Shown here one piece after another: positions 24,722 through 31,232 of a stretch of 64,000 nucleotides of DNA (position 1 is the stretch's first letter; every line of letters begins with the position of its first letter). The notes under the pieces were generated by a model. It was given only the letters and a program-made list of their open reading frames with translations. It was not told where the DNA came from and searched no databases. The stretch is from Betaproteobacteria bacterium (GTDB taxonomy: Bacteria > Pseudomonadota > Gammaproteobacteria > Burkholderiales > Ga0077523). The stretch is taken from assembly GCA_016125475.1 (NCBI GenBank), contig WGLR01000019.1:120746-184745 (forward strand), given 5' to 3'. Position numbers and translations under genes: made by a program.

Positions 24722-27530
24722 GTCGTCGCGCAACCGCTACGACGAGGCCCTCGAGCGCCTCGCGCGCGCCTCGCAGCTGCCCCAGGTCAAGGCCGCGCGC
24801 GCCGCGCTCGAAGACGCACTCGCACGGTTCCGGCAGGCCGGCGAGGAAGTCGACGCGGCGGGCAACGCAGCGGGCGCCCTGATCGGCGAGGCATTCCGCC
24901 ATCGCAAGCTGCTCGAGGACCAGCAGAAATCCCACCGCTTCGACGCCCCGGCGGATCACCTCATCAAGAAGTGCTACGGCGAACTGCCCACGCACCTCGT
25001 GCGCGCCTTCACGCGAGACTCGCACGTGGAATTCTCGCTGCCGCACACGAAGCGCTGGGAAAAATGGACGCCGCCCCAGACGCCGGTCGGACTCGTGGAG
25101 CCGGGCACGCCGGGCTTCCTGATGCGCTGGGGCTCGTACGACCCGGCGGGCAAGAGCCAGCTCCTCTTCACGGCGATGCCGCTCATCGGCGGTGGGCGGC
25201 CCTGGCTGATCCTGTCGGACGACGAGTCCGACGAGCGCGCGCGCGATCTCATGCGTGCACTCGCACTTCGCATCGCGTGCATGCTTCCCCAGCAGTCGCG
25301 CTTCACCTTCCTGGACCCGCTGCACTACGGGCAGACGTTCCCGCTGCAGCGATACCTGCCGGCCGTGAGGGAGACATCCGCGGATCCCGCGCTCGACCTG
25401 CAGCCGATCCAGGCCGACGTGCGCCGGATCATTCGCGACGTGGTCGCATTCAACCCGAGCTTCGACACGCTGCCGGCCGAACAGCAGGCTGCCGAACGGT
25501 ACGAATTCATCTTCGCGGCAGACTTTCCGACTGCGAAGGCCTACGACCGCCGCGTGACGGACATTCTCTTCGACATCGGGCGCGCAGGGCCCAAGGCGGG
25601 CCGCTACGTCATCCTGCACATGAACGAGGGTGCGGAACTGCCCCACGGCGTGGATCTCTCGCAACTCGGCAACGTCTGGACGATCGATCTCCGGAAGGGG
25701 GCCAACACCTTCGCCGACGTTCCACCCGAGCCGGAGATCCAGCAGTCCCTCCTGGAGCGCGTGCGCGGCGCCGTTCCCAGCCGCCGCTCCGCAGCGTTCA
25801 CGGACGTCCTGCCCGCGCGGGAGGCGTGGTGGACCGGCTCCTCGAGCCGCCGCATCGAGACCTCTCTCGATGGGCGCCCCGACGGCCTCGACATCGTGTT
25901 CGGCCAGCGGGACGACGGAACCGAACTGGTGCACGGCATCCTCGCCGCCGCGTCGGGGGCCGGCAAGTCGAACCTCCTGCATGCACTCATCCTCGGTCTC
26001 GCGACGCGGTACGCCCCCGACGAGCTCCATCTCTACCTCATGGATCTGAAGCAGGGGGTGGAATTCCAGCCCTACGGGCAGCTTCCCCACGCGGCGGTCG
26101 TCGCCTACAACACGGACCCCGCCCTCGCCCGCGCCGTGCTCGCGGAACTGCGCCGGGAGATGCAGCGACGCTACGAGGATCTGTTCCGGCGCGCGAACGT
26201 CCAGAAGCTCGAGGACTACCGCGACGCGGGTCAGCCTCACGGGTCCATCCCGCGTGTGCTCCTGATCGTCGACGAGTACCAGGCCCTGTTCCAGGGTGCC
26301 GACGCCCAGGAGGTCTCCGCCGACCTCCTCGCCCTCGCGACGCAGGGACGGGCCGCCGGCATCCACATGCTCCTCGGCTCGCAGGCGTTCCGGGCGGTCG
26401 GCATGCAGGCATCCGCGCAGATCCTCAACAACATCAACCTGCGCATGGCGATGCAGATGCCCGCCGCCGACGCGCAGGCCCTGACCGAACTGGAACGCGA
26501 GGCCAAGCAGCTCGTCGCGAAGTGCGACGCCCCCGGAAAGGTCGTCCTGAATACCGCGGCGGGTCGGGACGGTTCGAACCGTCTCGGACAGGTCGTGCTC
26601 GTGCCGGCCCGGGATCGCTCGGAGATCCTCTCGGGCATGGCGGAACTCGCCACGCAGTGGCCCCCCGAGCGACGCGCCCTCTGGCCGCGCACGCAGGTGT
26701 TCGACGGCAGCTCGGCACCGCCCGTCGCCGAAAACGGACTCGCCCGACAGGCTGCGCAGGCCGGTCACCCGCTCGGGGCGGACGATCTTGCACGCTGGGC
26801 AGCGCAGGCGCGGTCTGCCGGAGGTCTCGGACGCACCGACTGGCGTGCCGGCGACCATCCCGTGCCACTGCTGCTGGGTCGCGAGTACGCCGTGCACGGC
26901 GAAGCCTGCAGCGTGCTCCGGCGGCTGCCGAACCAGAATCTCCTCGTCCTCGGCGGCAGTGCCGCCGGGCGGCTCGGCATGCTGGCGGGGATCATGGCCA
27001 CGGTCACGGCGATCGCGCCCGAGCATCTTGCGTCCATTCGGGTGCTCGACCTGTCCGGCGACCCCAGCGTGGCCGAAGTCCTGGCGCGCGCAGGCGCCCG
27101 CGCATCGGTGTGCCAGGACCGGACCGAGGCGCTCTCCATGCTGGATCCCGCGTCGGCCACTGAAGCGGACCTGCTCGTGCTGATCGAACCGGACCGCGTG
27201 CCGGACCTCATGCGGCCGAGCGACCCTCTCGAACGTTCTCCGGGTGTGGAGGCGCTCGAGAAGCGCCTGCGCGAGGGCCCTCTCGCAGGCTTGCACACGG
27301 TGCTCGTGTGCACCGGGTTGCCCGCTCTCACCCGGGTGCTCGGTCGCCGGGCCGCCAACACGTTCGCGTGGCGTGCCATCACGCAGGTTTCGCAGGAGGA
27401 CAGCCAGGATCTCCTTGGCAACCGGATGGGATCGCAGCTGAGGCAGGAAGGCATGGGCGGGCCCGAACCCGCCCTGCTCGCGGACATGGACGGCAACCGC
27501 TTCACGCGGTTCATGCCCTACGGACTCTGA
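24714..27530 (+). CDS. FtsK/SpoIIIE-family ATPase, EssC/EccC-like, no TM or FHA domain
   Basis: 938 aa. Intact Walker A SGAGKSN (K at about codon 418, nt 25956-25970), Walker B RVLLIVDEYQALF (~26262-26280), and RAAGIHMLLGSQ. Flanked by two degenerate copies of the same module: N-terminal IGGGRPW / FIFAADF / GRYVILHMN and C-terminal LVLGGSAAGRLGM / DLLVLIEPD / GLHTVLVCTG. Confidence 0.85.
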   Translation: MAESSRNRYDEALERLARASQLPQVKAARAALEDALARFRQAGEEVDAAGNAAGALIGEAFRHRKLLEDQQKSHRFDAPADHLIKKCYGELPTHLVRAFTRDSHVEFSLPHTKRWEKWTPPQTPVGLVEPGTPGFLMRWGSYDPAGKSQLLFTAMPLIGGGRPWLILSDDESDERARDLMRALALRIACMLPQQSRFTFLDPLHYGQTFPLQRYLPAVRETSADPALDLQPIQADVRRIIRDVVAFNPSFDTLPAEQQAAERYEFIFAADFPTAKAYDRRVTDILFDIGRAGPKAGRYVILHMNEGAELPHGVDLSQLGNVWTIDLRKGANTFADVPPEPEIQQSLLERVRGAVPSRRSAAFTDVLPAREAWWTGSSSRRIETSLDGRPDGLDIVFGQRDDGTELVHGILAAASGAGKSNLLHALILGLATRYAPDELHLYLMDLKQGVEFQPYGQLPHAAVVAYNTDPALARAVLAELRREMQRRYEDLFRRANVQKLEDYRDAGQPHGSIPRVLLIVDEYQALFQGADAQEVSADLLALATQGRAAGIHMLLGSQAFRAVGMQASAQILNNINLRMAMQMPAADAQALTELEREAKQLVAKCDAPGKVVLNTAAGRDGSNRLGQVVLVPARDRSEILSGMAELATQWPPERRALWPRTQVFDGSSAPPVAENGLARQAAQAGHPLGADDLARWAAQARSAGGLGRTDWRAGDHPVPLLLGREYAVHGEACSVLRRLPNQNLLVLGGSAAGRLGMLAGIMATVTAIAPEHLASIRVLDLSGDPSVAEVLARAGARASVCQDRTEALSMLDPASATEADLLVLIEPDRVPDLMRPSDPLERSPGVEALEKRLREGPLAGLHTVLVCTGLPALTRVLGRRAANTFAWRAITQVSQEDSQDLLGNRMGSQLRQEGMGGPEPALLADMDGNRFTRFMPYGL

Positions 27531-27543
27531 CCGGAGGCAGGCG

Positions 27544-27819
27544 ATGTCGCTCGACGAGACCTTCGACCAGATGCGTACCTTCGCCGCCGCGCTCGAGCGA
27601 TTCGACGAAGCGCTGCGCGCGAGCCACCGGCAGCTCGCGGAGCGCCACGCAGCGGTCGAGGGACTCTGGCAGGATGCGTTCGCACGGGAGTATGCCGCTG
27701 CGTGGGAGCCGCTCGCCCGGGATCTCGAACGATGGGTCCAGCACGACGGGACCGAGTACCGGGACTTCGTCACGACCAGGCTGCGGGCGCTTGCGCAGTA
27801 CCTCGAGGACGGATCGTGA
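27544..27819 (+). CDS. WXG100-like small helical protein 1 (W-Q-D variant)
   Basis: 91 aa, all-helical composition, central turn motif EGLWQDAFAREY (W at 27667-27669). Paralogous to the next gene. 13-nt gap after the ATPase gene. Confidence 0.6.
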   Translation: MSLDETFDQMRTFAAALERFDEALRASHRQLAERHAAVEGLWQDAFAREYAAAWEPLARDLERWVQHDGTEYRDFVTTRLRALAQYLEDGS

Positions 27820-28097
27820 CGGACGCCGCTCGCCTCTCGGCGCTGCTCGAGGACTACGCCTCGGCCCTCGACGGCCATCTCGTTTCCGTGCGCGAGGAGT
27901 TCGCACACCTGGAGCGTGCGTGGGCCGGCCTGTCGGACGTCTACGCGGGAACGGCCGCCGACCAGTTCCGGAACGTCTTTCTTGCGTCGGCGGGACGCAT
28001 GCGCGACTACGAACGCGACGCGACGACCCTGGTCGCGGTCCTGCGACGACGGATCGAGGCGCTGCGCGACTTCGACACCCCCGACCCGAACATCTGA
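27816..28097 (+). CDS. WXG100-like small helical protein 2 (W-A-G)
   Basis: GTG start in a GTGA overlap with the upstream stop. 93 aa. Central LERAWAGLSDVYAGTAADQF contains a canonical W-x-G (27921-27929) at about the same relative position as in ESAT-6-type proteins. C-terminal RIEALRDFDTPDPNI. Confidence 0.65.
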   Translation: MTDAARLSALLEDYASALDGHLVSVREEFAHLERAWAGLSDVYAGTAADQFRNVFLASAGRMRDYERDATTLVAVLRRRIEALRDFDTPDPNI

Positions 28098-28104
28098 GTC
28101 GCCC

Positions 28105-29106
28105 ATGGCGCTGATCGATCCACGACAGCTCATACCGTTCCTCGAGGACTTCGAGGACGATCTCAAGCGCCCGCAGTACGCCCTGCAGGAAGCCGCCGAG
28201 GACACCCGGCGAAGTCAGGCCGCCGTTTCCGAGGAGTGCACGCACGTTCTCGCACGCCTGCACGGCACCGTTGCCGACGCTCGCCACGCCGTGAAGGATG
28301 CTGTCGCCGCCGGAAACGATGCACGGCAGGTGCTCGCGGACGCCTCCGCGGCGCTCAACGAAGCACAGGCAGCCGTAAGCAGTGCACGCTCGGCGCTGTC
28401 CGCCGCACAGAGTGCCGTCGCGCAATGGCAGGCGCGGCTCTCCGACGCGCGGCGCTGGCTCGCCTCGGCACAGGGGCAGCGTGCCGAGGCCGAAACCGCG
28501 CTGAACCGTGCGCGCTCGGCAGCGGCGGACGCCGAGCGCGAGGTGAACCGTGCCTCCCAGCAACTGGCCCAGTGTCAGGCCAACGTCACGCGTGACCAGC
28601 AGGGAAACGTGCGCCAGCCCGACTGCGGCTGGGCAATGGCGGCACTCAACAACGCGCGCGGAACGCTGGCGGAAGCCACACGCCGCGTCGGCGAGGCCCG
28701 GTCGGCACTCGATCATGCGATTCAGCAGTGCCATCTCGCCGAGGCCCGATGCGCGGAGTGCGAGGATCGGCTGGCCCGTGCGCAGGACGCCGTGTCCGAG
28801 GCCCATCGCGCGATCCAGACTGCCGAGCGCGCGGAAGCAGCATCCCGGCGCGCGGAGGACCTCTCGCGATCGTGCGTCGCCGAAGCCGAAGCCGCGCGCA
28901 CCGCCGCGGAACGTGCCCTGTCCACCGCCGAGGGTGGCATGGCCGCCGCCCAGGACGGTGTGCGGGCCGCCGAGGAAGCCGCGACACACTCGACCACCGC
29001 CCAGCGCGCCGCGGACGACGCCGGTGAACACGCCCGTCGCGCACGGAATGCCATCGGCGACCGCATCGACGCCCTGCGGGACTTCGACCGCGGGGCCCGG
29101 TTCTAA
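28105..29106 (+). CDS. Ala-rich coiled-coil protein (333 aa) with C-terminal IDALRDFD motif
   Basis: ATG 28105, 7 nt after the previous stop. Long A/Q/R/E-rich heptad-like helices with 6 Cys. The C-terminus GDRIDALRDFDRGARF echoes the C-terminus of the preceding WXG-like protein. Confidence 0.6.
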   Translation: MALIDPRQLIPFLEDFEDDLKRPQYALQEAAEDTRRSQAAVSEECTHVLARLHGTVADARHAVKDAVAAGNDARQVLADASAALNEAQAAVSSARSALSAAQSAVAQWQARLSDARRWLASAQGQRAEAETALNRARSAAADAEREVNRASQQLAQCQANVTRDQQGNVRQPDCGWAMAALNNARGTLAEATRRVGEARSALDHAIQQCHLAEARCAECEDRLARAQDAVSEAHRAIQTAERAEAASRRAEDLSRSCVAEAEAARTAAERALSTAEGGMAAAQDGVRAAEEAATHSTTAQRAADDAGEHARRARNAIGDRIDALRDFDRGARF

Positions 29107-29118
29107 AAGCGACCTGCG

Positions 29119-29547
29119 ATGCACGACGGAATCGTCCACGCCCGAACGCTGCTCACCAGCGCATCCGAAGCCGCGCAGCGCGTCACGCTCGCGGTTCGCC
29201 GGTGGGAGGAATCGACCGACCACGCCCGCTCGGCCTGGGACGATGCGGCCGGACGGGATGTCTTCAACCGGCATCTCGAGCCCCAGCGCAGCGCATTGCA
29301 GACTGCCCTGCCCGCTTTCGGCTCCGCGGTGGAAGGGCTGACCTATGCGATAGACCGCGCGTCCCTCGCGGAGGATGCCGTATCCGCCGCTGCCTCGGAC
29401 ATCTCGCTCGCCGCGGCGTCGATCGGTCGCGCGCGCAACGACGCGTCCCACGCCCGCGCCGAGGTCGCGACGGCGCGCAGCGAGGCAAGTTCGGCGACCG
29501 CGATCGCGCAGTCGGTGACGGGCAGGATCAACGCTCTCGGAGGATAG
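29119..29547 (+). CDS. Helical protein (142 aa) with W-D-D turn motif
   Basis: ARSAWDDAAGRDVFNRHL resembles the W-x-G/A...F turn of the two small proteins. The C-terminal half is Ala/Ser-rich helix ending GRINALGG. Confidence 0.55.
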   Translation: MHDGIVHARTLLTSASEAAQRVTLAVRRWEESTDHARSAWDDAAGRDVFNRHLEPQRSALQTALPAFGSAVEGLTYAIDRASLAEDAVSAAASDISLAAASIGRARNDASHARAEVATARSEASSATAIAQSVTGRINALGG

Positions 29548-29551
29548 GGGG

Positions 29552-30247
29552 ATGGCAGCCAGACAGGGCTTCGGAAAGCGGATTCGCGCGGGCTGGTGGT
29601 ACGGACTTCGGCAGCGCGATCCGGTCATCTGGATATCCACCCTCCTCATCGTCGTGCAGGTGCTGGTGGTTCCCTACCTGGGCTTGCGCAAGATCGCGAC
29701 GGGTCATGTCGTCGGCTCGGGCGACGACTTCAGCCTCGCCAACCTCTTCGTACGCAGCGCTCCGGATCCCGACGCCTCCGACCCTCCGTCAGTCGGGCAA
29801 TCGGGCTGGACGTACCGCCAGAGCACGGACATGAGCCCCGTGCCGCGATACAACCCTCGCAACCGTCGCCTCCCTGCCTATACGCCAGTCCGCGTGATCG
29901 GGGCCGCGTCCGACGGCAAATGGATGCGTGTGCAGGCCACCCTGCACGACGGGAGTCGTGTCTCGGGTTTCGTGATGACCGACCGCCTCATCTCGGCCGA
30001 CCCGACGAGCGACGCCGAACCCGAGACCGGAACGGTCATCGTCCGGGGCAGGGACGCCCCGCTGCTAGCGGCGCCCGCGATGGATGCCGTGATGGTCGGC
30101 ACGGCAGCGGTGGGCACGAAGCTCACGGTGCACGCACGTGTACGTCGCGGGGAACTGATGAAAGGTGTCCCGGGCGACTACCTGCTCGTAGACAGTGGCT
30201 CGAAGGGACAGGCGTGGATCCTGGCCAATCGGGTGAAGAAGCCCTGA
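29552..30247 (+). CDS. Membrane protein with one TM helix and two SH3b-like modules
   Basis: TM helix VIWISTLLIVVQVLVVPYLGL. Two repeats with SH3b-like pattern: YTPVRVIGAASDGKWMRVQATLHDGSRVSGFVMTDRL and GTAAVGTKLTVHARVRRGELMKGVPGDYLLVDSGSKGQAWILANRV. Confidence 0.6.
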   Translation: MAARQGFGKRIRAGWWYGLRQRDPVIWISTLLIVVQVLVVPYLGLRKIATGHVVGSGDDFSLANLFVRSAPDPDASDPPSVGQSGWTYRQSTDMSPVPRYNPRNRRLPAYTPVRVIGAASDGKWMRVQATLHDGSRVSGFVMTDRLISADPTSDAEPETGTVIVRGRDAPLLAAPAMDAVMVGTAAVGTKLTVHARVRRGELMKGVPGDYLLVDSGSKGQAWILANRVKKP

Positions 30248-30408
30248 GCCTTGCCGACGCCGGGAACCGGCGCTGCGGTCCGCGACGGGCTTTTCATCCT
30301 AGTGTCAGTCGGTTAGACTTCGCGCCCTTCGATCACCGTCGCGTTCAGGCATCCCGTGCTCGCAGTCACGTGCCCGGACAACTTCCGGCTGGTGGTCGGT
30401 GGGACAGC

Positions 30409-30445
30409 GGAGAGGTGGATGAGTGGTTCAAGTCGCACGCCTGGA
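30409..30445 (+). pseudogene. Truncated tRNA-Ser 5' half (acceptor to anticodon), duplicate of 30648-30684
   Basis: GGAGAGGTGGATGAGTGGTTCAAGTCGCACGCCTGGA is identical to the 5' 37 nt of the downstream tRNA-Ser except for one T/C. There is no matching anticodon-stem 3' strand, T-arm or acceptor 3' strand. About 30 nt of upstream leader is also duplicated at roughly 75% identity. Confidence 0.7.
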
Positions 30446-30480
30446 CAACTTGAGCGCCGCGGCGATCAAGTTGCGGCGAA

Positions 30481-30610
30481 GGCTCACCTGCTCTCCGAGC
30501 AGGTGAAGCAAAGCGTGCCGTAGCCACAACACGAACGCCCCGCGTTCCTGTTGCGGTGCAGGCTGACGTGCCTCTCGAGGCAGGTCAAGAAAAGCGTGCC
30601 GTAGCCAAAG
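30481..30610 (+). repeat. Two ~50-nt direct repeats (period 81 nt), each a hairpin plus AAAGCGTGCCGTAGCC
   Basis: ggctcacctgctctccgagcaggtgaagcaaagcgtgccgtagccacaa (30481-) versus ggctgacgtgcctctcgaggcaggtcaagaaaagcgtgccgtagccaaag (30562-). An 8-bp perfect hairpin caacttga/tcaagttg lies at 30446-30473. The AAAGCGTG core equals the tRNA-Ser sequence just 3' of the anticodon. Confidence 0.6.
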
Positions 30611-30647
30611 CGCAGCGTCGTATCGGCTGGCACGTCGGCAGTACAGC

Positions 30648-30738
30648 GGAGAGGTGGATGAGTGGTTTAAGTCGCACGCCTGGAAAGCGTGTTTAGGGTA
30701 ATACCCTAACGCGGGTTCGAATCCCGCCCTCTCCGCCA
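30648..30738 (+). tRNA. tRNA-Ser (anticodon GGA), encoded CCA
   Basis: Acceptor GGAGAGG/CCTCTCC, anticodon arm CACGC-CTGGAAA-GCGTG, long variable arm TTTAGGGTAATACCCTAAC, T-arm GCGGG-TTCGAAT-CCCGC, discriminator G then CCA. Confidence 0.9.
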
Positions 30739-31232
30739 CGAGAACACCTGATTCCGTACCCGGACGGGTCACCCTGCAGCCCGCTCCCCAGGCTCCTTTG
30801 CGAGCACCCTGCTTCATCGATCCGCACGGTTCCCAGTTGCGCGGTCGTCGCTCGTGCCGTGTGATAGAGTCGAATCGTGAAATGCGCGCGGGATGTCCGT
30901 ACATCGGATCGTCCGGCACAGCCGTCGTCGGGCACATCACCGCCATGGGCGCCGTCCATGCATTCGATACCCGCGTCGGGCGCGCCCCGCTCCCGGGTGA
31001 AGCAATCCAGCCAGCGCCTGTCGATGCGGGAAAGCCGGCCAGATGCTGCGGTCTCTTCCGGTACCGGCAAGTTGCCACGACGCGCAGGGACCGTCGCTGA
31101 GGATTCATTTCCGAAGCGAGTCTCGCGGGTCGGCCGGTCAGTGAGGCCGGCCAGCAAGACTGATCCCCGCCGCGCCCGATCTTCGGTTACTTCGCCCGCG
31201 TGGAGACGGGCCGCGCAAGTGGAATCGAAACA

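Noticed and set aside
24432-28205. 1257-aa minus-strand ORF covering the FtsK-like ATPase and WXG-like genes
   Set aside because: It is antisense to a frame with intact Walker A/B motifs and tightly coupled neighbours. Its translation is Arg/Gly/Pro/Ala-rich low complexity with no recognisable motif. This is the typical high-GC antisense open frame.
30481-30610. Possible CRISPR array
   Set aside because: There are only two imperfect (~80% identical) 50-nt repeats with an 81-nt period, no cas genes, and repeats that are tRNA-derived hairpins. This is not CRISPR-like.
30409-30738. Idea that the two tRNA-Ser 5' halves represent one tRNA gene split by a group I intron in the anticodon loop
   Set aside because: The downstream copy is a complete, uninterrupted tRNA with its own 5' half. 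The upstream fragment is not followed by a unique 3' exon, and I see no group I core (P3-P7-like) elements in the 200-nt spacer.
24239-30738. Interpretation of the T7-like locus as a classical tRNA-integrated mobile island
   Set aside because: There is no integrase, transposase or excisionase. No direct repeat of the tRNA 3' end flanks the locus. Its GC content looks like that of the surrounding chromosome. The tRNA debris spans only ~240 bp and does not bracket the operon, so mobility is unproven.
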